Positions 1 to 9,296 of a stretch of 64,000 bases of DNA are shown piece by piece. Location: contig JAGDXJ010000021.1 in assembly GCA_023256355.1 (NCBI GenBank), positions 1,255 to 65,254 of the forward strand, in the 5' to 3' direction. The notes below the pieces were generated by a model, which saw nothing but the letters and a program-made list of their open reading frames with translations, was not told the DNA's origin and made no database searches. This stretch comes from Nitrososphaerales archaeon. GTDB taxonomy: Archaea > Thermoproteota > Nitrososphaeria > Conexivisphaerales > UBA164. A program made the translations under genes and the position numbers. The stretch's first letter is position 1. Each line of letters opens with the position of its first letter.

Positions 1-30
1 ACCAGAAGAGACCCTAAAGAGGTTCTTAAA

Positions 31-1626
31 TTGGACATAAATCGAGTTTTTATAGACGTTAATCAAAAACTGAAAGATATCGAAATAAAATCGCTTTCTA
101 TTTATGGCAGTACTGTAGCGGGTTATGCAAAACCAGACAGCGATATAGACGTTCTAGTACTTGCTAATGATTTTAAAGACAAAGTACGCTACTTTTATTT
201 TGATTCAGGTTCTAACAAATATTCTGTTCTTGTAGCAGATTTAAACGAAACTTATAAGGATGCTGAAAAAGCAAGTTTAGGAGAATTTGTTGTGGGCAGG
301 CTGTTGAATCCTTTTATACCAGTTTATGGCGAAGAAATCATTAGAGATATAGAAACAAAATATAAAAAAAGAGTTATAGAAGAAGAAACGGCGGAACTTT
401 ATAAAGAATTTCAAGAATTCATATACTATTTAGTAATTCCGCTCCAGTATTTTTTATTTTCTAAGCTTAAAAAAAGGTATCAAATTTATCCGCCAGCCCT
501 TTACAGTTATGCTAAAACTTATTCTAAAGAGCTTATTTCCAAAAATCTTGCTTTAACGCTCGAAGGCTTTGTAAAAGCTGTGAATGAGTTAGAATACCTT
601 TACTTAGAGGAGTATAATGTAAGGGTTAAAAAAGGGGCTCAAATTCCTCAACCTTTTACGATTGACGAACTGTACTATTTTCAGATGGCCATAAAGCAAT
701 ATATCTTTCACGGAAGAAGCGGTAAAGTATCTCCTGAAGTTGTTGTCACAGAAGCATTATCGAAAGTTAAAAGATCAAGGAACGTTAAAGACGTAAACGA
801 GTATTTAAAAAAACCCGAGCTTTTGCTAAGTCTGGAAGGTGGCACAAAAATAGCATGGTCAAACGTCGAAAAAGAGTTAAACGCAAAACTTGTTGAAAGG
901 ATTGGAGGAATTTTAAACCCTTTTTACGGAATTAAAGTAGTTGAAATAGATAATAAAAAGTATGTAATAAAGAGCTTTAAGGGGAAAAGCGAGCTCAAAT
1001 GGTACATGCTTGGGATAGCGGGAAAGCCTATAAAACCATTTGAGATAAATCCCGTTAAAAGGATGTATAATGAATTTACGGGTTCTGTTTTACTTAATAG
1101 TACAGGAATTTTGGTTCAGAAAATTTATGCTTTATCAATACGGAAAAAAATGCTAGTAAAAACGTACGTTCAGGGGAATAGCCTCTTAGATATGATAAAA
1201 AATTTTTCTGGAAAAGATGGTGAATTAAAGATGCTAGAAAATATGGCACAAATTTTCAGAACCATACATGATGCAGGATATGCGCTGGGAGATTCAAAAC
1301 CAGAAAATTTTCTTACATCTAAAGATGGTATTTATATTATAGATTTAGAACAGTTTAAAGAAAAGGCAGAAACAGAAGATAAAGGCTGGGATATATCAGA
1401 GTATATCTATTATTCTTTGTTCTTTGTAAAAGATATTGGTTTAGCCGAGCTTTTTGTTGAAAGCTTCAAAAAAGGTTATGGAGAAGCTAAAGAAGTCTAC
1501 GAGTCGGCATCTAGTCAGAAATTTTCGCTACCTTTCCTTATAATGTTAAGGCCTGACCTTCTTACTTATTACAGAAACCTTATGAAAAAAATTTTTACTG
1601 GAGAGAGATTGATTGAAAACGCTTAA
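31..1626 (+). CDS. Fusion protein: N-terminal Pol-beta-type nucleotidyltransferase domain plus C-terminal atypical protein-kinase-like domain (RIO/Bud32/Kdo-kinase-like)
   Basis: The N-terminus has the motif GSTVAGYAKPDSDIDVLVL (GS...DxD minimal NTase signature). The C-terminus has VIKSF (kinase Lys), GDSKPENFL (catalytic loop) and IIDLEQF (DFG-equivalent). TTG start. Confidence 0.6.
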   Translation: MDINRVFIDVNQKLKDIEIKSLSIYGSTVAGYAKPDSDIDVLVLANDFKDKVRYFYFDSGSNKYSVLVADLNETYKDAEKASLGEFVVGRLLNPFIPVYGEEIIRDIETKYKKRVIEEETAELYKEFQEFIYYLVIPLQYFLFSKLKKRYQIYPPALYSYAKTYSKELISKNLALTLEGFVKAVNELEYLYLEEYNVRVKKGAQIPQPFTIDELYYFQMAIKQYIFHGRSGKVSPEVVVTEALSKVKRSRNVKDVNEYLKKPELLLSLEGGTKIAWSNVEKELNAKLVERIGGILNPFYGIKVVEIDNKKYVIKSFKGKSELKWYMLGIAGKPIKPFEINPVKRMYNEFTGSVLLNSTGILVQKIYALSIRKKMLVKTYVQGNSLLDMIKNFSGKDGELKMLENMAQIFRTIHDAGYALGDSKPENFLTSKDGIYIIDLEQFKEKAETEDKGWDISEYIYYSLFFVKDIGLAELFVESFKKGYGEAKEVYESASSQKFSLPFLIMLRPDLLTYYRNLMKKIFTGERLIENA

Positions 1627-1641
1627 AAATGGTACAAGCGT

Positions 1642-1971
1642 ATGATAAAGCGGATGAAGAGTAACTATAACCCATTTCTTAAGAGACTGGAAGTAGAATA
1701 TGAATTCCAAGATGGTAATGGTAAAATATCAAGAAAAAACGCCGCGGAAATCTTAGCAAAAGAACTTAACAAGCAAGTTGATAAGATTATACCAGTTTAT
1801 TTGGAAGGCTCATTTGGAATTAAAGGGCTCAAGGGATTATTTTACGTTTATGACGATGTTAACCTTGCTAAGATGCACGTAAAAAAATACTTATGGTTAA
1901 GGATGCTGTCAAAAGAAGAGAGAAAGAAAGTTTATGACGAAATGAGAAAGAAAAAGGTTGAGAAGAAGTGA
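1642..1971 (+). CDS. rps24e: 30S ribosomal protein S24e
   Basis: Typical S24e length and sequence ([13 protein letters not shown]...GLFYVYDD). Followed by S27ae, as in the conserved archaeal pair. Confidence 0.85.
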   Translation: MIKRMKSNYNPFLKRLEVEYEFQDGNGKISRKNAAEILAKELNKQVDKIIPVYLEGSFGIKGLKGLFYVYDDVNLAKMHVKKYLWLRMLSKEERKKVYDEMRKKKVEKK

Positions 1972-2138
1972 AAGGAAAGACCGTTCAGATATGGAAGCTT
2001 TATGAAGTTGAGGGCAGTTCTGTAAAAAGGGTTAACAGGTTCTGTCCAAAATGCGGTAGCGGGACGTTTATGGCTCATCATAAGGATAGATGGTACTGTG
2101 GTCGATGCGGTTATACAGAATTTATAAGAAAAAGGTAA
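1968..2138 (+). CDS. rps27ae: 30S ribosomal protein S27ae (zinc ribbon)
   Basis: Not in the ORF track (56 codons, GTG start overlapping the S24e stop as GTGA). My translation is [56 protein letters not shown], with the CPKCG...CGRCG ribbon typical of S27ae. Confidence 0.8.
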   Translation: MKGKTVQIWKLYEVEGSSVKRVNRFCPKCGSGTFMAHHKDRWYCGRCGYTEFIRKR

Positions 2139-2193
2139 ATAAACAAATCTTTTTATAATAACGTTTAATAAACAGATTGGTTTTAAAAAATTT

Positions 2194-3036
2194 ATGTCGG
2201 CTAGAGAATTTATACAGATAGCAGATAAGATTAAAGAGCTTACTCTGAAAGGTAAAGGTTTTGCGCTTGTTTTTATAGCAGACTATAAAGGACACAGCGC
2301 TAGGCATGAAGGCGCTGCTATGCTCGTAGCAGACGATGGTAGCTTCGTTGGAACTGTTGGAGGGGGATCCTTGGAAAAGTTTGCCATTGAAAAGGCTTTA
2401 GAATTTATAAAAAAAGGTAGAGGTGGGATTATAGAAATACCTGCAACGAGCGAAATAGGAAGTGCCTGTGGGGGGGCAGTTACGCTTTATACTAAGGTTG
2501 TTCCTCCTTCAGAAATACTGGTTATATTTGGGGCTGGTCACGTAGGAAGCTCGCTCTCAAAATTAGCAAGTCAGTTGGGATTTAAAGTTTTAATTGTTGA
2601 TGATAGAGAAGAATTTGCCACAAAAGAAAGATTTCCCGAAGCTTCCGAAGTTATTATTGCAAAGCCGGATGAAGCCATTTTAAAGATTCCCAAGGGTGAC
2701 AACGTTTACGTTACGATCATGTACTATTCTGCAGATGCAGAGCTTCAAATACTTAGAGAGCTTTTAAAGTTTGACTTTAAATATCTAGGAGTAGTAGCAA
2801 GCCCTGTAAAGACGCTTAAATATCTCGATGCACTTTACAAGGATTACCCGGAAGATAAGCTCAAAAATATTAGGGCCCCAATGGGGCTAGATATAGGTGG
2901 TGGAGAAGAACCTATAGACATAGCTCTTAGTATAATAGCAGAAATTCAGGCAGTAAGGTATAACACTACTGGGAGACCGCTTAATAAGGTTCCTGAATTT
3001 TTAGAACAACTTAAAAAGAAGGCCCAGTTTTCTTAG
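2194..3036 (+). CDS. XdhC/CoxI family accessory protein (XdhC N-domain plus Rossmann-like C-domain)
   Basis: GGGSLE motif in the N-domain and VIFGAGHVGSSL Rossmann motif in the C-domain. Length is typical of XdhC-like maturation factors. Confidence 0.7.
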   Translation: MSAREFIQIADKIKELTLKGKGFALVFIADYKGHSARHEGAAMLVADDGSFVGTVGGGSLEKFAIEKALEFIKKGRGGIIEIPATSEIGSACGGAVTLYTKVVPPSEILVIFGAGHVGSSLSKLASQLGFKVLIVDDREEFATKERFPEASEVIIAKPDEAILKIPKGDNVYVTIMYYSADAELQILRELLKFDFKYLGVVASPVKTLKYLDALYKDYPEDKLKNIRAPMGLDIGGGEEPIDIALSIIAEIQAVRYNTTGRPLNKVPEFLEQLKKKAQFS

Positions 3037-4012
3037 TCAATTTGTATATTTCATCTTGTGGAGGTTCGCGATAAACCTCAATGCCGGTTGTTCTGTTTAT
3101 GTGAAGAGAAGGTTCACCTTTTACAAACTCTCCAATTATTGAAGCTTTTTCCTTTAAAACTTCTAAAACAAGTTCAGCTTTTTTTGGCTTTGTTGCCGCA
3201 AGAATAGCCCCACTTGAAAGGAGTTTAAGCGGATCAAGGTTCAAATGATCGCAGATAGATCGAGTTAAGGGCGTTATCAAAACTTTTTCTTCCTCTGCTT
3301 TAAGTTTTAGTTTTGAAGCTAAGGCCATCTCAACAGCGCCTCCTATTATTCCTCCTTCTGTAGGATCATGCATGGCTTTTATTCCAAGAGAATTCAATTT
3401 TAAAGCATCGTTAATTATCGTTATTCTATCGATATAAGACATTGCAAGTTCAAGTGCGCCCTCGTCAAACTGTAATATGAGTTCTGGATAATCATTGGCT
3501 ATTACCGCTGTACCTTCTATGGCGGCTTCATTTACCTGTATAAGAACGTCACCCGGCCTAATTTCTGATATGCTTGATGGTTTTTTAGAAGAAAAGCCTA
3601 TCTGTGTTACTACAGCAATATTCATATCAAGATTTTCTACTATTTCTGTATGGCCTCCTACAATGCTTATGCCTAAATTCTTAGCTGTCTCATCAAGTTG
3701 TGCTGTTATGCTGTTTATTTCATCTTCGGTTGAACTTTTTTTAAGAAGTAAAGTGATCAGAGCATATTTTGGCCTTACTCCTTTTACTGCTATATCATTT
3801 GAAGAAATATATATAGCCAACCTCCCCAAGTTTTTTTTAGCTGCAGTTATCGGGTCTGTATGCGTAATCATGTACAGTTTTTTAGTTAACCTTATGACGG
3901 CCGCATCTTCACCTATCCCTGGGCCTTTTAAAACTTCATCCGCATAAGCTCCGTGTCTTGAAAAAACATACCTTTTTAACATATCAAGTGTTAGTTTAGC
4001 CATTGCAAACAA
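3011..4012 (-). CDS. AIR synthase-related (PurM superfamily; HypE/ThiL/SelD-related) protein
   Basis: GIGEDAAVI motif near the N-terminus and a two-domain PurM-like length (333 aa). The exact family is not resolvable by eye. Confidence 0.6.
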   Translation of the reverse strand: MFAMAKLTLDMLKRYVFSRHGAYADEVLKGPGIGEDAAVIRLTKKLYMITHTDPITAAKKNLGRLAIYISSNDIAVKGVRPKYALITLLLKKSSTEDEINSITAQLDETAKNLGISIVGGHTEIVENLDMNIAVVTQIGFSSKKPSSISEIRPGDVLIQVNEAAIEGTAVIANDYPELILQFDEGALELAMSYIDRITIINDALKLNSLGIKAMHDPTEGGIIGGAVEMALASKLKLKAEEEKVLITPLTRSICDHLNLDPLKLLSSGAILAATKPKKAELVLEVLKEKASIIGEFVKGEPSLHINRTTGIEVYREPPQDEIYKLTKKTGPSF

Positions 4013-4056
4013 TTAATTTAAGTAAAATATAAATGTAAGCTGAAGTTAAGAGGCTT

Positions 4057-4257
4057 ATGCCAAAGCAAATTTACGATACTCAAACGTTGCTCGAGCTGCT
4101 AAAAAATGCAAGCAGAATAAAGGTAGTAAAAAGGAAAGATTATTCTAAAATAAAGCTTAGAATAGGCAAATATGTCTACACATATGTAGGAGCTCCAGAC
4201 GAGCCTGACAAAATACTTTCCAACGTAAAGGAAAAAGATAAAATAGTTTATTATTGA
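4057..4257 (+). CDS. rpl38e: 50S ribosomal protein L38e
   Basis: 66 aa, MPKQI...KIKLRIGKYVYTYV...DKI. Co-linear with eukaryotic L38 (MPRKI...VKFKVRCSRYLYTLV...EKAEKL). Confidence 0.7.
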   Translation: MPKQIYDTQTLLELLKNASRIKVVKRKDYSKIKLRIGKYVYTYVGAPDEPDKILSNVKEKDKIVYY

Positions 4258-4263
4258 TGAAAA

Positions 4264-5055
4264 ATGATACTAGTTAGCAATGATGATGGTCCAGCAAGCC
4301 CCGGGTTGAGAGCTTTAATTAGGCATCTTTCAAATTTAGATGAAGTTATGTTTTCCATACCAGAAGGACCTAGAAGCGGCAGCAGTATGAGCCTGACCTT
4401 TCACAAACCTATAAGAATAAGAGAATCTGAGATTGAGGGAGCAAAGGGATACATCTGTTCTGGTTCCCCCGCGGATGCGATAGTCGTAGCCCATATCATA
4501 CTCAATAATAAGCCGAATGTAGTAGCTACGGGAATAAACCTTGGAGATAACACAGGATTGCAAGATATATTTTCTAGTGGTACTGTTGCAGGCGCGCTTC
4601 AAGCAGCAATTTTAGGTTATAAATCTGTTGCTTTTTCAAAAAGAATAAGCGATGAATTCATACTTTATCCATATGCAAAAACAGATGAATTTGAAGAACC
4701 TGCAAAAATAGCAGCAAAGATCATAGATTTTGTACAACACAGGGGTTTACCATCAAATTCTCAACTATTGAATGTAAATTTTCCGCTGAAAATTAATGAA
4801 AAGACAAAGGCAAGAATAACCAAGGCTTCGCCAGTAAAATATGAACATTATTTGGATAAAAGGCTTGACCCACGCGGTAGAGAATATTTCTGGCTTTGGG
4901 GTAAAAGGTTGGGCAACTATCCAGAAAACACAGATGCAAACGCCGTATTTGATCTTGGCGAGATATCAGTAACGCCTATGAGGATAGATTTGAGCGTTCC
5001 TGAGCTGCTGCAACAAGATTCCAGCTGGTATAAAGACCTTGTTGAGAGAATATAA
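4264..5055 (+). CDS. surE: 5'/3'-nucleotidase SurE
   Basis: N-terminal ILVSNDDG motif and GINLGDN motif. Typical length. Confidence 0.85.
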   Translation: MILVSNDDGPASPGLRALIRHLSNLDEVMFSIPEGPRSGSSMSLTFHKPIRIRESEIEGAKGYICSGSPADAIVVAHIILNNKPNVVATGINLGDNTGLQDIFSSGTVAGALQAAILGYKSVAFSKRISDEFILYPYAKTDEFEEPAKIAAKIIDFVQHRGLPSNSQLLNVNFPLKINEKTKARITKASPVKYEHYLDKRLDPRGREYFWLWGKRLGNYPENTDANAVFDLGEISVTPMRIDLSVPELLQQDSSWYKDLVERI

Positions 5056-5092
5056 ACTTACGATACGGTTAAATGTTGCAAGTGAACAACAC

Positions 5093-5163
5093 ATATGGGG
5101 ATGAAGCTTTACCGCTCCAGCCTGAGCAAAGGCTATGAAGAGCTCGCGACGAACTGACCCATA
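5093..5163 (+). ncRNA. Candidate box C/D sRNA (2'-O-methylation guide)
   Basis: G+C-rich island in the surE-ABCE1 spacer. GGGAUGA (5098-5104, C-like), CUGA (5122-5125, D'), AUGAAGA (5135-5141, C'-like), an exactly 12-nt spacer, then CUGA (5154-5157, D). Flanking UAUGGG/CCCAUA can pair. The C-to-D' spacing is longer than canonical. Confidence 0.45.
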
Positions 5164-5176
5164 AAAGTGATTTATA

Positions 5177-6940
5177 ATGGTTTCATTAAAGGTAGCTGTT
5201 ATCAACAGGGATGTTTGTAGGTTTGACAAATGTAACCACGAATGTCAGAGATTTTGTCCTCCCCAGATTTCTGGCAAAAAAGTTGTTGAGTTCGGAAGCG
5301 ACGGGTACCCTACAATAGATGAAGTTTTATGTATAGGATGCGGAATCTGCGAAAAAAAATGCCCATTTGAGGCTATCAGGATAGTCAACTTACCTAGTGA
5401 ATATGGAAAAGAAAAGATTCATCAGTACGGGCCTAACGCTTTTAGGCTTTACAGGCTTCCAATTTTAAAAAAAGGCAAGGTGGTTGGAGCAGTTGGTATG
5501 AACGGTATAGGCAAGAGCACTGCTCTCAAGATATTGTCAGGAAACTTGCTTCCAAACCTTGGATATTATGAAAAAGAGCAATCTATAGATGATGTTATAA
5601 GGTATTTTAAAGGAACCATTTACGCTGATTACTTTAGGGGTTTAAAAAACGGCGAAATAAGAATATCAATAAAACCACAGGCGATTTATGAAATCCCCAA
5701 AGTTTACAGGGGAAGTGTCAAAGAATTGGTAGAAAAATACTCAGAAGACGAAAACCAAGAATTTATAAAAGAACTGGAAGTTGAAAAGCTTTATGAAAAA
5801 CAAGTTTCTGAACTAAGCGGAGGCGAGTTGCAGAAAGTTGCAGTCGTTATAGCTTTGTCGAGGAAAGCCGACTATTATTTTCTCGATGAACCGAGTTCAT
5901 ATCTCGATGTATTTAACAGGCATTCAGTTGCTAGAGTCATAAAGAAAATTTCTGAAAATTCTGGCGTTTTTCTGGTCGAGCATGATCTCACATTTCTTGA
6001 TTATGCAAGCGATTATATACACATACTTTATGGTGAACCTGCAGTTTATGGTATAGTATCTAGGCCAATGAACAGCAGCGAAGGCATAAACGAGCTAATA
6101 GAGGGAGAAATAAAACAGGAAAACGTAAGGATAAGAAACTATAACATAAGGTTTAGAAATCCAGACCTTAGCCCAGCTGAAGAATCAAGCATTCTTTTTA
6201 CGGTGCCAACATTCCATAAAAGCTATCCCGGATTTACGTTAAAGGTTGAAGGTAAAGAAGTGAAAGAAGGACAGATAATTGGTGGGCTTGGACCTAACGG
6301 CATAGGAAAAACCACTTTCTTAAAGGTGCTTGCAGGCGTTGAAAATGATGATGAGGGGGTGGCAAACATTAACATAAAAATCTCTTACAAACCACAATAC
6401 CTTGAAATAAATCAGGATGTCACTGTTGAGTCTATCTTATCGAAGTTTGAATGGAACAACACAGAAAATTTAAACTTACTGGTGAATCCTCTTAGGCTTG
6501 AAAAACTTTTACAAAAAAACATTTCACAGCTTAGTGGCGGAGAACTTCAGAAAGTTGCGATAGCTACAGCACTTCTCCAGGATGCAACTCTTTATGCGCT
6601 AGATGAACCTTCAGCATTTTTAGACGTAGAAGACAGGATAGCGCTTTCAAAAATATTACCAAATTATATAAAGAGAAAAGGTAGAGCAGGAATAATTATA
6701 GATCATGATTTAATGTTGATCGACCTTATTTCAGATTCTATCATGGTTTTTAAGGGTGTTCCTAATGTATCAGGTGAAGCTATTGGACCATTACAAAAAA
6801 GGGAAGCCATGAATAGCTTCTTAAGAGAGATGGGTTTAACCTACAGAAGGGATGAGCAAACTGGAAGACCACGGGTTAATAAACCAGGGAGCAAGCTTGA
6901 TAGGGAACAAAAAGAAAAAGGAGAATATTATTATGTTTGA
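5177..6940 (+). CDS. abcE1: Ribosome recycling ATPase ABCE1 (RNase L inhibitor homologue)
   Basis: N-terminal double 4Fe-4S ferredoxin motif (CIGCGICEKKCP), two ABC cassettes (GMNGIGKST, GPNGIGKTT, twice LSGGELQ), C-terminal RPRVNK. Confidence 0.95.
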   Translation: MVSLKVAVINRDVCRFDKCNHECQRFCPPQISGKKVVEFGSDGYPTIDEVLCIGCGICEKKCPFEAIRIVNLPSEYGKEKIHQYGPNAFRLYRLPILKKGKVVGAVGMNGIGKSTALKILSGNLLPNLGYYEKEQSIDDVIRYFKGTIYADYFRGLKNGEIRISIKPQAIYEIPKVYRGSVKELVEKYSEDENQEFIKELEVEKLYEKQVSELSGGELQKVAVVIALSRKADYYFLDEPSSYLDVFNRHSVARVIKKISENSGVFLVEHDLTFLDYASDYIHILYGEPAVYGIVSRPMNSSEGINELIEGEIKQENVRIRNYNIRFRNPDLSPAEESSILFTVPTFHKSYPGFTLKVEGKEVKEGQIIGGLGPNGIGKTTFLKVLAGVENDDEGVANINIKISYKPQYLEINQDVTVESILSKFEWNNTENLNLLVNPLRLEKLLQKNISQLSGGELQKVAIATALLQDATLYALDEPSAFLDVEDRIALSKILPNYIKRKGRAGIIIDHDLMLIDLISDSIMVFKGVPNVSGEAIGPLQKREAMNSFLREMGLTYRRDEQTGRPRVNKPGSKLDREQKEKGEYYYV

Positions 6941-7033
6941 TACTTTTTAAATACAAAATGTCTCTAAAAGTTATGTCTGGCAATTAAATTGCATACAGAT
7001 ATATTTATTATTATGTGTTTTTTATAAGTTCAC

Positions 7034-8287
7034 TTGATGATAAAGGTAGCTGATCTGGAACTACCTACTTTTGAAGACATCGACGTTTCTTCAAAGAAAG
7101 TCCTTCTTAGGGTCGATTTTAATTCTCCTGTTGAGAGAGAGTCAAAAAAATTACTTGATACCAGCAGAATCAAAGCCCATGTAGAAACAATTAACGAACT
7201 TATAAAAATGGGTAGCTCAGTTGTCATAATTACACATCAGGGTAGACCAGGGGATGAAGATTTTTCAACGCTTGAGATGCACAGAGACGTTCTTTCTAGC
7301 GAATTAGGCACTGATGTAGGCTTTGTGAGCGATATATTTGGTCCCTGTGCTTTAGAAGAAATAAAGAAGCTGGGAAAAGGTGAGGTGCTGATGCTGGACA
7401 ATATAAGGCTGGCTTCTGAAGAACTTATTGAAGCTTCTCCTGAAGCACAAAGCAAAACATATCTGGTAAAAAGGTTAGCACCTCTTTTCGACGTTTATAT
7501 AAATGATGCTTTTGCGACTGCCCACAGAAGCCAACCAAGTCTTGTGGGTTTTCCAATGGTCCTTCCTTCTGCAGCCGGAAGGCTTATGGAAAAAGAGCTG
7601 GTAGCGCTCTCGAAAGTATTTAATCTGGAAGAATCGCCAAAAGTTTTTGTACTGGGAGGGGGAAAAGTTCTCGACAGCATAAGAATAATCGAGAACTTGT
7701 CGAAAAAAAGAATAGCAGATCGTATTCTGCTGGGAGGATTGGTTGCAGAAGTTTTTGCGTTGGCTAAAGGCGTAAATATAGGCGACTCAAACAAAAAGAT
7801 GCTGGAATATCAAGGATTTTTGCCTCTTATACCAAGAGCTAGAAAAGTTTTACTCTCAGGAGCTCCAATAGAAATACCAGTAGATTTTGTTGTAGAAAAT
7901 CAGAACAGTGTTGAAGAAAACTATGCTACTACCGTTAAAGGGACAATAAGGGACATTGGTCCAGAGACAGTAAATATTTATTCTACTTTGCTAAGTGAGG
8001 CTAAAGTCGTTGTGCTAAGGGGACCTATGGGCGTTATAGAAGATGAAAAGTTCAGAACTGGAACACTTAAACTGATGAACTCAGCATTTTCTAGCGATTC
8101 TTATACCATAATTGGCGGTGGCCATCTTATCAGTTTGCTTCAATTTGCTGAGGTTAGCAAGGCAAAGAAGGTTCACATTTCAACGGGAGGAGGGGCTCTT
8201 CTGCTTTTTCTGGCGGGGGAAAGGTTGCCCGCACTAGATGCCCTAAGCCAATCGATAAGGGTGATAAAAAACGAAAATAAAGGTTAG
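7034..8287 (+). CDS. pgk: Phosphoglycerate kinase
   Basis: LLRVDFNSP, ITHQGRP, NDAFATAHR and STGGGA motifs. Confidence 0.95.
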   Translation: MMIKVADLELPTFEDIDVSSKKVLLRVDFNSPVERESKKLLDTSRIKAHVETINELIKMGSSVVIITHQGRPGDEDFSTLEMHRDVLSSELGTDVGFVSDIFGPCALEEIKKLGKGEVLMLDNIRLASEELIEASPEAQSKTYLVKRLAPLFDVYINDAFATAHRSQPSLVGFPMVLPSAAGRLMEKELVALSKVFNLEESPKVFVLGGGKVLDSIRIIENLSKKRIADRILLGGLVAEVFALAKGVNIGDSNKKMLEYQGFLPLIPRARKVLLSGAPIEIPVDFVVENQNSVEENYATTVKGTIRDIGPETVNIYSTLLSEAKVVVLRGPMGVIEDEKFRTGTLKLMNSAFSSDSYTIIGGGHLISLLQFAEVSKAKKVHISTGGGALLLFLAGERLPALDALSQSIRVIKNENKG

Positions 8288-9296
8288 CGTAAATGGATAC
8301 GGAACCATAGGAAAAAGGATAGCAGACGCAATAATAAAACAGCCAGACATGGAGCTAGTCGGTATTTCAAAGCTAAACGCAGATTACGAAGCTGCCATGG
8401 CTGTAAGGAAAGGCATTAAACTTTTTATTGACGAATCTGCAAAAGAAAATTTTAAAAAAGCAGGCATAGAGGTTGCCGGAACAAAGGTTGAAATGATAAG
8501 TGATTCTCAGATAGTAATAGACGCTACGCCAGATGGGATTGGCGCAAAAAACAAAGCGCTCTATGTTTCTATGAAAAAACCGGCTATTTTTCAGGGGGGA
8601 GAAGATGCAGATGTTGCCGAAGCTTCATTTTCGGCGTTGTGCAATTATGACGAGGCAAAAGGAAAAAACTACGTGAGGGTTGTATCATGCAACACAACTG
8701 GCATGTTAAGGGTTATATGCACGCTCAAGAACAGCTTTAAGGTTCGCAAGATCAGAGCAGTGCTCATAAGAAGAGCTGCAGATCCAAGAGAAGTTAAAAA
8801 AGGCCCAATAAATTCTATATTGTTAAACCCGGTAGAACTGCCGAGCCATCACGCAGTCGACATAAAGACGGTTCTAAAAGACCTAGATATATTGACAATG
8901 GCCTATGTTGTTCCAACGACCCTCATGCACGTTCACGCATTAACAGTTCAGGTTGACGGCAATCCAAGCAAAGAAGAAATAATTAATGCTCTGGAATCGT
9001 CAAGAAGAATTCTTGGGATAAGCAAAGATTCAAAGATTGCGTCCACAGCAGAGATAGTAGAAACATTCAGGGATATGGGAAGGATCAGATATGATGTGCC
9101 AGAAGTGGTCTTTTTTGAAGACTCGATTCATTCATCAAACGGAGAAATATTTTTAACATATGCTGTTCATCAAGAATCAATAGTTGTGCCTGAAAATATA
9201 GATGCTGTAAGGGCCATGTCTGGCTTAAAAGAAAAAGAGGAATCGATAAGCTTAACAGATAGCACGCTGGGCTTATTAAGGGGTAGATTAGTCTGA
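8277..9296 (+). CDS. gap: Glyceraldehyde-3-phosphate dehydrogenase, archaeal type II (start codon unresolved)
   Basis: SCNTTG active-site motif. The conserved Rossmann N-terminus VSVNGYGTIGKRIADAI is encoded at 8283-8333, upstream of the first ATG (8349). The frame opens at 8268 after TAA and has no ATG/GTG/TTG before the motif. 8277 is an ATA codon. Confidence 0.85.
   Translation: MKVSVNGYGTIGKRIADAIIKQPDMELVGISKLNADYEAAMAVRKGIKLFIDESAKENFKKAGIEVAGTKVEMISDSQIVIDATPDGIGAKNKALYVSMKKPAIFQGGEDADVAEASFSALCNYDEAKGKNYVRVVSCNTTGMLRVICTLKNSFKVRKIRAVLIRRAADPREVKKGPINSILLNPVELPSHHAVDIKTVLKDLDILTMAYVVPTTLMHVHALTVQVDGNPSKEEIINALESSRRILGISKDSKIASTAEIVETFRDMGRIRYDVPEVVFFEDSIHSSNGEIFLTYAVHQESIVVPENIDAVRAMSGLKEKEESISLTDSTLGLLRGRLV

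Noticed and set aside
3495-3947. Antisense 'shadow' ORFs inside well-supported genes (for example 3495-3947, 4336-4602, 7237-7794, 16188-16382, 18015-18278, 26635-26907, 28191-28565, 36403-36864, 38937-39239, 44750-45279, 46269-46862, 48454-48795, 58820-59418, 61025-61348, 63638-63994).
   Set aside because: Each lies entirely opposite a gene with strong family motifs. Each translates to Ser/Leu/Phe/Ile-rich low-complexity sequence.
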